DNA from: Lama glama
Lineage: Eukaryota
DNA length: 64,000 nucleotides
Reading direction: 5' to 3'
Assembly (NCBI GenBank): GCA_028534125.1
Contig: CM052819.1
Span: 52,204,001 to 52,268,000, forward strand
The number at the start of each line of letters is the position of its first letter. The stretch's first letter is position 1. The position numbers were made by a program, and so were the translations under genes. Positions 13,311 through 25,940 of the stretch are shown piece after piece. The notes beneath the pieces are model-generated. The model was not told the origin of the DNA and made no database searches. It saw nothing but the letters and a program-made list of their open reading frames with translations.

Positions 13311-13646
13311 GTATCACTTATATGTGGAATCCAAAAAAATGGCACGAATGAGCTTATTGACAAAACAGAAACAGACTCACAGACATAGAAAACAAACTTA
13401 CAGTTAGCAAAGGGGAAAGTGAGGGGAATAGGTAAATCAGGAGTTTGGGATTAGCAGATACAAACTGCTGTATACAGAATAGATAAACAACAAGGTCTTA
13501 CTGCAGAGCTCAAGGGACTGTATTCAATAGTTTGTAATAACCTATAATGAAAAAGAATGTATATATGTACAACTGAATCACTATGTCGTATGCCAGAAAA
13601 CTAACACAACATTGTAAATCAACTATGTTTCAGATGAAAAAAAAAA
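13311..13646 (+). mobile_element. L1 3' UTR with poly-A tail (forward part of the same insertion)
   Basis: TATCACTTATATGTGGAATC...ACAGACTCACAGACATAGAAAACAAACTTA...CTAACACAACATTGTAAATCAACTAT followed by an A tail; artiodactyl-type L1 3' end. Confidence 0.9.
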
Positions 13647-13789
13647 TTGAGTGGGAAAAAGATTAAAGGGGAAATGGGAGAATGGGAGAGCAGAGAAGCT
13701 GAAGTCAGGAACTGTAATTCACGTCCCAGGCCCATAACTTCTCCCTTGTGAGAACTTAACACATGGTGATAAAAGGATTAATAATGAAT

Positions 13790-13950
13790 ACACGCCTTGT
13801 GTACATTATTTCACTTAGCGCAACTATCCTATGAAGTAGACTATGCCACCATCCCCATTTCATAGATGAGGAAATGGAGGCACAGACTCGTTGAGTAATC
13901 TACCCCCATTTACTCAGCCAGCAAGTGTGGAAACTGGATTAGTCATTTCA
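13790..13950 (-). mobile_element. MIR
   Basis: ATCCCCATTTCATAGATGAGGAAATGGAGGCACAGA core. Confidence 0.7.
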
Positions 13951-16029
13951 TATCTCGGTGTTCTGGAATAAAATGTGAAAAAATGAAACATTATTTTATA
14001 AAGATTTTTCTAAACTGCTGTACAGCTATACGGAAGCTATTATTAAGTATCATAAGGAACTGTGTTTTTATATAACTCATGTAGAAATGCCTTAGAGGCT
14101 GTACCCGTGTGATTTGTCAAAGTTTGAAAATGACAAAGTAAGTCACCACGTTAGACAATCTATGAAAATGCATGTACTGATATCGAGTTGTTTACTATCT
14201 TGTTAATACATGCATCCACTTGAAATGTGTATCCCATTATTATTTCACACATATCTTTAAATAATGTGACCTCCAATTTCTATGTGCAGCACCAAGCCAC
14301 ATAGTTAGGCACTTTATGCGTCTCTGTTGTGATTGAGAACTGACATATGTTGTAGAAAGGAGGGCTCATCTCCTTAACCTCCAGCATCCCTTTAATGCTG
14401 ATATGTCCATTCTTCCAGCAGTGTATAAACAGAGCACAAGGTTGAGAGATAATTGATCCAAGTTCTAAAACCTGCTCTCCTGCTAACCAACTGAGTGAAC
14501 TTTGAAAAGTCAATACCCCTCCTGGGGTCTTAGTTAGTCCATCTAGTCAAAGAAGAGTTCGACCACGTGACCTCCCTTCCTCCTCTGACATTCTGGAACT
14601 TCTGAAATAAAGGTATAAAGTGAAAGAGTGTCTTTTCATTGTTATTAGCAGAGTATGAGTTGAACTCCCCATTAAAAATAAATGAGCCTCTAAGAGTTTC
14701 TAGCTGGACTAGAAGAACAAAAACAAACCACAGGTGACATGGTCTTTTCCCTGAAGTCAGTGGCTGATGGCTGACTGCAGGCCTATGTGTTTTACCAGCC
14801 CCTGAGTGCTCAGCTTGAACCGCTGGACTGAATGCCAACCAGGGACCCCGGCTGTGCGGGGTGAACCTTGTCTGATTCCATCAGCAGGGTGGGCTGGGAT
14901 GCTCGATTCAGTTCAGAGTAGTCATTCAGCAGTTCAGTGACACATAGAAGGTCATGGACTTCAAAGGGAATGCTGAATGCGGAGGTGAAGGCCTGTGCAG
15001 AATGGCCCAGTTAATGATCACACTTCATAATTTCACGGTGTGCCGATTCTCCTGGACGTGGTGCTCAGCCTAAATCCTACTGGTTTGGCTTGGGAATCAG
15101 AAGCTCTCACCCCAAGGTCCCTCCCTGATTTCTCTGTATGTTTCACTAAGTATCTTCCTTTATGTAATTTTTGTGTGCGTGTTTAGAGAGCTCGGCAAGA
15201 GAGTAATTCTCATCCTGTTGGGGCACCGCTCCATGCTTTGCAAAGCCCTTTTCACATCCATTACTTTGTTTGTCATCTCACTGAGTCTGTGAGGGATGCA
15301 GGGCACACACGACTACCTGGACCTCAGGGATGCGGAAACAGAGTCAGACAGGGGAGAACTTGCCCCGAACCACACGGCTAGTAAGTAGCACGTTTACCCC
15401 TGTCCAGTCAGTGCTGTTTCTTCTCTGTCGTAACCTGTCAACCTGATAGCAGAGATGCTTTCAAGACTTTGTATCTTTTATGCACTCTGGAGGAAGGGTT
15501 GTAATTTCTGCTTCTGTGTGATGCATTTCATAACATTGAACGATGAGCATTTCTTACTCCCTGTGTTACACTGAGAGTGGGTACTATGTTAGTGCCTGTC
15601 TAGCGTCCTCTTAAACACAGTGGTTTTCAGGTTGCGCTCTGTACAACAGTGGATTGCAGAGGCCCCTTGAGGACCATCCCAGGGTGGTGATGAGGAGAGG
15701 GATAAATATGTCCGACTACAGGCTCCATCTCCAGCTGGAACATGTCTGCCTTCTTCTGATTTACTTAGTGAACTTCTTCATTACATTGTGAACAAAAGAA
15801 TCTCTAAGCCAAATGTTTGAAAACCACAGAGGGATCGTGTTCTTTTCAAAGGGGATCATATTTTATTCTAGCAACAAATTCTAATCGGGTAGCAGGAAAA
15901 AAAAAACACTGGACTTTGGCATCAGGCAGACCTGTGCTCAAGTTCTAACTCACTTGCTATGAGTGAGCCCGAGTAACCTCTTCAAGCTTCGGTTTCCTCT
16001 TATATGAAATGATGCTGACAGTGCCTTCC

Positions 16030-16432
16030 TTATTAATCTGCTAGGGCTGCAGTAACAAAGTACCATAAGTGGGTGGTTTACACAACAAAGATCTACCACT
16101 TCACAGTTCTGGAGGTTAGAAGTCTCAAACCAAGGTGTCAGCAGTGTCGGTTTCCTCTAAGAGCTGTGAGAGAAGGATCTGTCTCCTCAGCTTACGTGCA
16201 GCCTTATTTAGCTTATGTCTCTTCGTACTGTCTTCCCTCTAAGAGTGTCTGTTGGAGTCCAAATTTCTCCTTTTTATAAGGACACAGGTCATAACGGATT
16301 AGGGTCTGCCCAGATGACCTCATCTTAACTAATTACATTTGCAAGAGTCCTATTTCCAACTAAGATTACATTCTGAGGTACTGGGGGCTTCGGACGTCAG
16401 CATGTGAGTTTTGTGGGGAAATAATTCAACCT
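16030..16432 (-). mobile_element. MaLR solo LTR (MLT1B/C-like) nested in a MIR
   Basis: GGGCTGCAGTAACAAAGTACCA...CACAGTTCTGGAGG...TTATAAGGACAC...ACATTCTGAGGTACTGGGGG...AATTCAACC. MIR sequence flanks both sides (~15890-16030 and ~16440-16500). Confidence 0.85.
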
Positions 16433-17760
16433 GCTCTCCAAGAGGAGAATGAGATGAGACTCTATGCTAAAGTGCTTTGCCGAGGACCTAGGATATAATA
16501 GCTATTTGACAGGCATGGTTTCCTTCGCTTGGTACGATGAAACGCTTCTTGCTAATTTTCCCCCCAGGCACTCCCTTCTGCTCCTCTTTGCTGTGACCCT
16601 CTCTATCTTGGCCCTTTCCCTTAGCCCCCTTCTATGACCTGTTGTGATGAATCACCTCTTCTGCTCATTCCTAGGGGAGTTTCTGAAACCTGGGAGGAAG
16701 TTATGCCGGCTGCAGGCTGCACCTTGTATGGGAGGGTATCCTAGGAATGAGCACCAGACTCATTTTTTGAGCTCATTCTAGTTCCTGCAGTTCTTTTTAA
16801 AAAGTGGAGATTGACCACCTTGACCCCAGCCACTGGAGGGTCTGAGGGAGGCCCTGACGGCATAAAGAGTCGTTGTGAATTCATTAAGATTTGGGCACAA
16901 GAAAAAGCTCTTGACAAAATGTCCCAGAGAGGTACCATCAGAAATTTCTGAGAAAAGTTCATAACGTGTCTGAGCATGAGGGGGTGGTTTGAGCAGCAGA
17001 TGCCAGATTCCGAAGAAAGAACAGTTCTGATGGAACAAAAGTTCACTGGGGCACACAAAGAAGGGAAAGCACAACTGCATCTTTTTTTCATTTCAAGTTT
17101 GTCTAAAACCAACATGTCAGAAAGTACCTTGGCCGGTCTTTCGCTAGTTATTTCCCACTTGGAATGTTGGAATATGGCCAACTCCCCCACCTGACATACC
17201 CTCTGGGGTTGAGAAACACTATTTACCAAGAGGATTGCTTTAAAGCAACATGCTCTAGAAGCTCTGTGGGTACTTAGAGGTAGAACTTCTCTCAAAATTA
17301 CTGCACCGACTATACATTAAAATTTGAAAATTAGAGTCCAGACACTTGGGCAGGTCCCAGGCCTGCCTGCTTTGCTGAATACACCTGACACACGTCAAAT
17401 AGCCAGACAGAAGCACATCATTATGAGTGACGGAATTGTTTTTTGGAACTTAGTGCACACCAGCTGCCCCAGGACAGAGAGGCAGAGGTTGACTCTGGGG
17501 TAGATGCTTTCAAGATAAGAGACACACGTTGAGAAATGTAAGTCCCCGAACGCCATGCTCAGGCTGCTGTTTGAGAAACCTGGGTCGCTGGATTGGGAGT
17601 CCCTTTTGTAAACCGGTCCCTGGGGTCTTGACATCTGCATGTCTACATCTCTAGATGTCTGTCGAGGGAGTGGGAGCTTTGGAAAGGCAAGGAAAGCTCT
17701 TTTTGATGAAGGGATTGAGTGGGTGGAGTTGAAGCCAGAGGCTAATGCAGCTGTGCAGGG

Positions 17761-17800
17761 GTGTGTGTGTATGTGTGTGTGTGTGAGTGTGTGTGCGTGC
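17761..17800. repeat. (TG)n microsatellite, interrupted
   Basis: GTGTGTGTGTATGTGTGTGTGTGTGAGTGTGTGTGCGTGC. Confidence 0.9.
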
Positions 17801-17985
17801 ACACACTGCCCTGGGCTTGGCTAGCTCAGCTGTTGTTTTGGAAGGTAAAACAACAGCTCCCAATTCCCTAGTGCGCCATCCACCCTAGTGCTCCAGCCCC
17901 ACAGTGGTGGTGGTCTTGGGAATCGCAGTAGACCACCCACACAGAAACAGAATGAAAACACCATCTAGCCCCTTGAGCAAGTTTT

Positions 17986-18039
17986 ACACTTTTAATCTCA
18001 AAACATTCAGAAACACTTTTAATCTGAAAACATTCAGAA
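17986..18039. repeat. 27-bp tandem duplication
   Basis: ACACTTTTAATCT(C/G)AAAACATTCAGAA twice, with 1 mismatch. Confidence 0.9.
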
Positions 18040-21000
18040 GCAAGAAATCATTTAAGTTTATTACCAGGAAGTCTCTGGAACAGGCATCAGCATTTTAGAA
18101 GGAGCGAAGCTCAGCTATCAGGAGGCATAGTGATATCAATAGTGTGTAGCAATGACAATGGTAATTCATACTTTTCATTGTTCTTTGAAGACTTGTTTTC
18201 CCATGGAGATTCCTTGAAGAAGCAAATGCCCTTGGTTTGGAGTGACTTAAATTACTGTTTTGACTCTGGCATTAGCTTTATCACTTTGTGCAATTACCTT
18301 TATTTATCTGAGCCATATTGTCTCATCAGTAAAAACGAGGCAGATAATGCCTACACAAGGCAGTCCTCATGACTGGCTAATCATATATACAAAATAAACT
18401 AAAAAATTGGAAAAAAATTAAATTGTACTCGCAACTGTCACTATGCTTATTTTATAACAGTCATGAAGAATTTCTGAAAAAACAGGAGTACTAATCCACT
18501 TCTGATTCAACTTCTGAAAATTAAAGACTTTCCACTTTAAAGTACCCTTTACCCACAATGCAATTGGATTTTCATGATCAGCATTAACAGAGCAACCAGT
18601 TGGGTGTGTTTCACCACACTGGAGCTTGGGGGAATTAACAAAGAAGTAATGGTGAGATGGGCTGGCTGGAGAGGCAGGACCCTCACATGAGTCAAGCAGG
18701 AAGGAGCAATGTTAATGTGTAAGCTCCTACTAATATTTTAATTCTGAAGGTTTTCCATGTATGATATTGGACTCATTTCTAATCCCTGAAGACATGATGA
18801 TGTCCTGTCTTACTCCATAGACATCTCTTGTACTTTTCAGGGAGTTTTTGAGGCTTTGTGACCTCTACACTGCACGATCTTCCTCACTGATCAAGGTGAC
18901 GTTTCTCCTGTTGGCACTGTTCTGTTCAGTCAACACTCCTTGGTGGCTTCGTGAGGTAGACTAGTTCCCTGGCTCCAGTTTTGGCGACAGCACTGTGGCA
19001 GGAGCAGCCCGGGAGGGTGGTAACAAGACACCTGCAGAGACTTTGCAGCAGGAAGAAGAGATGCTGTTTAGAAATCTGTGCAGCCTTTTTACAAAACAGG
19101 AAGTTCTCCTCACTATCTCTAAAACATACATGTGGAAAATAGCAGAAATGCTCCATGTTTCAATTATGCCCAAAACTTGATTCAAGCCATCCTGTGCAAT
19201 GTCAAAGCAGCCAAGTACAAGCCCTTTGGTGGCTGTAGGCCCCAGTAAACTCTGGTTGTTACTACGTGGCAGCAGCCAGGGTGTGTAATGAAGTTAACGC
19301 TTTTGTACACCCTTCCCTCTGCTTTATACAAGTATCTGAGGGGAGGATGACAGAGCGTAGCGGTTCTCAAACCTTAGTGTTCAAGAAAACTTTGTTCCAA
19401 AGGAAGATGCCTGGTCATATCTCCAGAAATTCCCATTCAGTAGCCTCAGGAAAAGGTCCAAAAGGCTGACTTAATGATAAAAACTTCAGGTAATCTAATG
19501 CAGGTGGTCCGGACACCACACTTTAAGAAATACTAACGTAAGATCTAAGAGCTCAAGATTTCAAGTCAGAAACTCTAGGTTTGAATCCCAGAGGCTGAAG
19601 TTTCTCACTGTTTGCTGTTGGGTGAGTTGTTCACAAGGTAAAGCTTTAGTTTCTCAACTGAAAAATGGGAATAAGGACACTTAAGGAAGGTGATGTGTAC
19701 AAGAGTTGCCACAGAGTAGTGTTAAATCAGTTGCGACTATTATTTGATGTGACTCTAAACCTAAACTCTGGCAACTCTTTGAGAGATCTGACATCTTGAA
19801 AGATCCGAATTTGTTCTTGAGTGGAAAAAATAATAGCATTATTTCTCTCACAATGACGGTGAAGCACTGTGGTACAATAAGTTTATTATTTTTTCCAGTC
19901 AACTCCAAGCAAACACATTGAAGAATAAGAAGTCATTTTGGACATCAGGACAGGATATGTTTGTCCTGGCGGAAACTGTAACATTGTAAGTCGAATGCTG
20001 AAAGAGGTCCTTGAGACAGTCATGCAGGGATATTAAAAAAGATTCTGATAGTCATCACTGTCTGAGATAACCTGCGTAACCAACGTAACCTCGCACTGGG
20101 GATCTGGGTGGCTGTTCTCCTGCGGATGTGGTGATAATGCCAGTTTGTCTTCTTCAGAGGAATGTAGGAATCATAGAAATGCCAGTGAAAATAATTTGAC
20201 AATTGTGCAACACTAAGATGATAGCATTATTCTGATGAGGCCTCTGCTCTAAAAACCAGAGAAGATAACACACAAAATAAGACATAGGCTATTTCATAAA
20301 GAAAACCCAGTATTATGGGTTGATCATGAGTATAATCACATGCCACTGTTGAGTCACCAGAAGGCTAGGTATCCACACGGCAAGAATGATGACGAGCTGA
20401 TTCAAGAATCAGATAGGAGGCCCAGATCAAGTCACTTTGAAGAGTCGCTTGTCTGCAGGTAGTGGAAGATTCTCAGCAATACCACGTCTAATTAGACACT
20501 CAAGAAAATAGAGGAGGGAAATTTATTCCAAATTTTGCAGTTAAGTTGGCAGGCTTTCTAGAAAAAATAATAAAGTAAAATATGCACTTTTAAAAGCCTG
20601 TAGGTTCCAAGCAATAGCTCAATCAAGTAAGAAAACAAAACCAAATTACAGACCAAGCTGTTTACGAAATGAAAATTCTAGCCTTCATTATGGTTGTGGG
20701 ATTTGGATCTTGCAGAGCTATCACACCTGGCTTGTTGAGCAATAAAATGCCTGTGGCACCGTGAGTCAGACAGTGTATTAACTGGCAAGTCAAGAGACTC
20801 AGGACACAGTCCTAAAATGATGTCTTTCCACCTGTGCGGGAACAACACATGTGACCCACAAAGTAATACGGCTTCATGAGGATAGGAAAGGGGAAGAAGG
20901 AGGGGTCAAGAGGCCCAGGGCTGGGAGCTACTCTAAGGAAGGTATCATTTCTGTTGACAAACCTTCAAGCAATCAGGCCCCTTCTCTTGTGTTCTCTCTC

Positions 21001-21659
21001 AATATTTTGTATTTATCTGCCCTACATTTTATTCATTCATACAAGTCTGTTCTTCCAACTAAATTTGAAGTCCTAGGGAAAAAGATTGACATTTAGTTTA
21101 TTTTTAGTCTTCTAACTCAGTGTCTGAAATTTGGTGTGTGCTCAAAAAGTATGTGTGTGGAATTATTTCAGGTCTCAAGTTTTATGCTCTCTATATTTAT
21201 TGTCCCCAATGAATATAGCAGAAAGTTGCTTAATCTAGAGAAGAATATGGAAGTTCATACTTCCCAATGGGTTATAATAGGACTAGAAGATCAAGTGTCC
21301 CTGAGACCCGCACAAGGAAAAGAAAAGAAGCAGGTCCTGCTCAGCTTCTAGGAGAGGCACAGACTCCAGAAAATAGGGCTGTGACCACGATGAAGGGCAA
21401 GGCTCTCTTTGCTATCTGCTTTGGTTTTACACCCTTTACTGAGAATAACTGGGCAATGACTCATGGTTATTTGCCAGATGCCAGAGAGAGGTTGAAGCAG
21501 AGGACAGATTTTAACCAGGAGTCCTGGCACATTCCATGAAATGTCTTCACCTATTAAACTTTTTTCCAACTGTTATATTTTTAAAATATGAGCTGTATCA
21601 TTTATTGAGCATTGTGTTACATACTGAGCGAGGTACTCTTTATACACGTATAATTATAG

Positions 21660-21890
21660 CCAGCACTTGCATAGCATTTGCTGTGTGCTGAATAGAGGTC
21701 TTTGTGTCTGTGTATTCCATACACCCTCGCCACGCCTATGAAGTAGATACTGTTCTAAGTTTCATTCCACAGATGAGGAAACTGATGCACACGTGGTTCA
21801 GCAGCCTGCCCAAGGGTATTAGCTAGTAAGAGCTGGGATTTTAATGCAGAGTCAGGTTGTTGACCCTGGACTCTCAGCCATGATACTACA
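21660..21890 (-). mobile_element. MIR
   Basis: CATTCCACAGATGAGGAAACTGATGCACA...GCCCAAGG core. Confidence 0.7.
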
Positions 21891-23399
21891 CTGCTGCTTT
21901 GAGCTTCACCACTACTATGTGACAATAGGATTGCTACATTTCCTTTAGCGATAAGAGACTGAGGTGTAACATATATGACGTGTGCCTTTGATCAGGATGG
22001 AGTCCTCTCCAACTTCCCTGTTGCCCCTACCTGGTTCTAGGGCTGCTCACTCCATGCCTGAGATCCTGCAAAGGCTTTTTTTTTTTTATCTCTACCTGCA
22101 ACCTCTTCCCACTCCCACTCGCCCTTTAAATTGCTGCATGACGTCATTCAAGAAGCTCCATTGGCTCCTTCTTGTCTGTGGCATCATGTTCAAATATGTC
22201 AAGCTTGTGTGCCGTTTCTTGACCTGCCTCCCTTACCTATTGCCATCTTACCTCTGACTCCTTTAAATACAGACTCTATTCCTATTAGGTATATATCGTA
22301 ATTGTTCCACTCATATTTGTGAGCCTCGTTTCCTAGAAGCAATAATACTAATATGTTCTTACTGGGGAACATAATTCAGTTTACATAGTTAAAACATTAG
22401 CTTCTTCTTGTATTTCTCCCCACAATTCATTTTGATCCCATGTCCTAACTCTTTCATCAACCTCCTCTTCTACTTGACATCACCGCCATCTTAGTTCACA
22501 CCCTCATCACCATCAAATGAATTATTTCTATATTTCCTGATTGTCCTGCTGTCAGTCTTGTCCCCCTAAAAGCCACTCCCCATAATTCTGCTGGAAAAAA
22601 ATTAATTATGCTAACTTTCTAGATTAAAAAAATAATAGCCTAGTAGGCCTTGAAATCCAGGCTGGGAATTGGATACAGAACATTTGTGTATAGAATACAA
22701 TAATACTGGGGAAAAAAATGTATGCTTTCTTCTGGACTGTGTGGTTCAGGATTATATTGTAAACCAGGCAGAGGATATGACAGGTGTTTGAGAAAGGACC
22801 AAACAAAGCTTTTGTTACTATAGCTTCTTCTATTCCACATTTCTTCTATTGTTCCGTCTCTGGAGAAGCTTGGCTTGGTAGAGAGAAGCCAAGGGTAACA
22901 GAGGAAAGATGCTGTAGACAGCAGGGTGGCAGCATACACAGAGCTGCGAAGCTGTGGTCCAAACCTGCCTGGGCTGACCTTTCAACGTCATGATGAGAGC
23001 CACTCACTCTTGCTGCAGGAAGTCCCTTTAGCTACCTAGCTCTGCGGGGATATTCAGATTTTGGACCGGCTTGAAAAATGAAGAGATCTGATCAAGCCTC
23101 TTGATCTCATTTCTGATCTGCTAAGTCTTATTTCTGTTTCATTAAGGCTCTGTGCCTTCCTCCCTGGCCCCAGAGTGGAGATTCACATACTTCCTCAGAC
23201 ACAGACGACTTGTACCTTCCCTACAAGAACATAGTTTGAATCCCTCACCTCTATTTTCTCTTACTTCTCCTTCTGGTATTAAAATTGCACATCAAACCTT
23301 TTGAAAATTTTCCACGGCTCTTGGATGTGCTGGGGTTGTTGCTGTTATGGTTGTTGCTGTTTTATTTTTGTTCTTTTCAGTTTGGGACGTTTCTGTTTG

Positions 23400-24880
23400 T
23401 TGGCCCATATTCCCGCTCACTGACCCTTCCCTTAGTCATGCCCAGTCTACTGATATGCCCGTTACAGGCATTCTTCATTTCCACTGCAGCATTTTAGATT
23501 TCTAGTACAGTGAGTCCTCCACATCTGTGGTTCTGTGCCTGTGAATTCAACCAGTCATGGGTTGATCAGCAGTTGGTTTAATTCACAGATGCAACCTGTG
23601 GCTACACACCCATGGTTATGGAGAGCTGGCTGTGCTATGCTATTTTATATAAAGGGTTCAAGCATCTGCAGATTTTAGTCCCATGAGAAGTTCTGAGACC
23701 AGTCCCCCATGAATACTGACTGTATTTACTTTTGATACTTCCTTAGAATTTCCATATTTCTGTTTATATTACCCATCTGTCCTTCCATGTTGTCTACTTT
23801 TTCCATTAAAGTTCTAACATATTAATCATAGTTATTTTAAATTCTCTGATACTTTTTACATCTGTGTTATAATATGAGTCAGTTTCTGATACTTGCTTTT
23901 TCAGCCTGTGCATTTTCTCATTTTAGCATGTAGTATTTTTTAAAAACTGGATGTGATATATCACATAATAGGAACCAAGGTATATAGGACTTTATTGTAA
24001 GAATTCATGTTAATCTGTCTAAGAGTTGGGCTCTTTTTAATGTTTTCTGCAGTTGTGGGTGTCAGAGGCTTCTAATTCCTGTTCTGTTCTTGGGTTTGTC
24101 TCCTGTCTTGACTTTGGAGCTCCCTTCATACTCCTTCTCAGAGAAAGTCTGTGTCTTGTAGCTCTTTCAGCTGTACTCCTCTGTTACAATGCTCGGACCG
24201 GTTGGTATGGGGGTAAAGTGTGGGTGACAGGATGCATTCTATCATTCTATGATTAAATCTCAGTTTTTTAGTAGTTCTTTGTCTCTGGTTACAACCTTCA
24301 CAAGATTTTCTTCAGTGATATAGCCACACCACCTCAGGGGATGCAGGAAGGCTAGAGGTAACTGAAATTGGAGAGATGCCTTTCTCTCAATTGGAATAAA
24401 GCTCTGGTAGTCTTTTTCTCTTGACAGCTGGCCTTTGTCATGGATAATGCTTGTATATTTCACAATGGGTAACCCACCCTCACACCCCCACAAGATTCGT
24501 GAAACCCTTTTCTTGGATCTTCAATTTAAGAATCTAATGGGGTTCCTGGAGGTAAAACCCACAAAAATGTGGGAATCTTTCTAAGGCTGCAGGCCCTAGG
24601 ATTTTCACATTCTCATGGTAGTCTATACTCAGCCTCTAGAAATTCATCATTCAAGTGTTCCTATCAATTTATAACTTTAGTATCTTCTGCTCAAGATAAG
24701 TAACTCTCAGCTGTATCTCTCTGAATTCATCTATCCCTCTAGGGTGGTGGTTTGCCCTGCGATCTCACTTCTCTGATGGGTCAAAGAAGTCATCGATTTT
24801 CAATTTGTTTGCTTTTTTGTTTCTGACAGGAGTGATGACTTCTAAGCTCTTTACACTGTTCGAACTGCAGCCAGAAGTTG
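23400..24880 (-). mobile_element. Old L1 (L1M) 5'/ORF1-region fragment
   Basis: TATTACCCATCTGTCCTTCCATGTTGTCTACTTTTTCCATTA and ATATTAATCATAGTTATTTTAAATTC motifs of L1M antisense sequence. Confidence 0.65.
23508..23722 (-). mobile_element. MER2/MER8-like Tigger (TcMar) MITE inserted in an old L1
   Basis: CAGTGAGTCCTC...GACTG ends with TA target duplications at 23506-23507 and 23723-23724. Internal ATTTTATATAAAGGG...AGCATCTGCAGATTTT. Confidence 0.75.
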
Positions 24881-25765
24881 GCTGTGAACTGGTGGAAGAA
24901 AGAGACGTATGTGTGCTGCACCATATTCACCTTTGTCTTAAGTTTTATTATGCCCAGTAAAATAGAGTAGGAAGCTCAACAAATTGTAAAGTAATAGTGT
25001 TGAGTCCACAGAAAGGGACAAACCATCTTACACAACAGAAAATTGGTACACATGAATTCATCAACAGAGTCAGTGAATATTCATAAGTGTAATAATTGTA
25101 TAAATCATGGAAGAGAATTGTACAATACAAATGCATAAGCATGTTTTGCAGTGTTAGGTGTGCTTTCTTGAATAAAATTATCACCTTATACCAAGCATGT
25201 TATTATTCATGCTGCTTATAAATCTGAAACTTAAAAGGGAAACCTATAAATTTTCACTCAACAATAGCACCCACACACTTAATTCCCAAGCACCAGATTT
25301 TACACAGCTGCCTGGAATTTTGGCAGAGAACACCCCAGATGCTGCCAAGATTATGAGAGAGGATATGAATCTTAACCTAGCTTTTCCAACTTTTAGGAAG
25401 CAAGATTGTACGTTTCTGAGTGCTCAGCAAATGTAGAATAGGAAAGTGAGAATAATGGATGGGGAGAAGAAAATTTCTTTATGATTGAGACTAAGTTCCT
25501 AATAAGCACTCATTCTCAGAATGTAGCTTTAAGTTAGAGTCCTATGGTCAATGATAAATCAAATGCTTTTATAGCGGTTTAATTGTGTGGTTCCATTGTA
25601 TACATCAGTACATTTATCAGCCTTAGCTTTTTCTTTCCCTTTTGTCTGGCAGCATTTTTCACAGCATAGCTCTGCTTTGCCTACCTAAGCCATGCAAAAC
25701 CCAACCATTTCCTTCAGGAGAGCTAACACTGTTGAACATCTGTGTTTCTGTTGACATTAATATAT

Positions 25766-25940
25766 GGGGAGGGCAAGGTAAAGCTCAGTGACAGAGCATG
25801 TGCTTAGCATGCACAAGGTCCTGGGGTCAGTCCCCAGTACCTCCATTTAAACAAACAAACAAACAAACAAACAAACAAACAAACAAACAAATATCTAATT
25901 ACCTCCCTCCCAAAATAAATAAAAATTAAAAAAAATATAA
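25766..25940 (+). mobile_element. Camelid tRNA-derived SINE with (AAAC)n tail expansion
   Basis: GGGGAGGGCAAGGTAAAGCTCAGTGACAGAG...CTTAGCATGCACAAGGTCCTGGGGTCAGTCCCCAGTACCTCC, then ~10 AAAC units, CTAATTACCTCCC and an A-rich end. Confidence 0.88.

Noticed and set aside
16741-17295. Longest ORF in the track (184 aa) and overlapping ORFs
   Set aside because: Non-ATG start, no recognisable domain and no exon structure; the length is compatible with chance in 64 kb over six frames.
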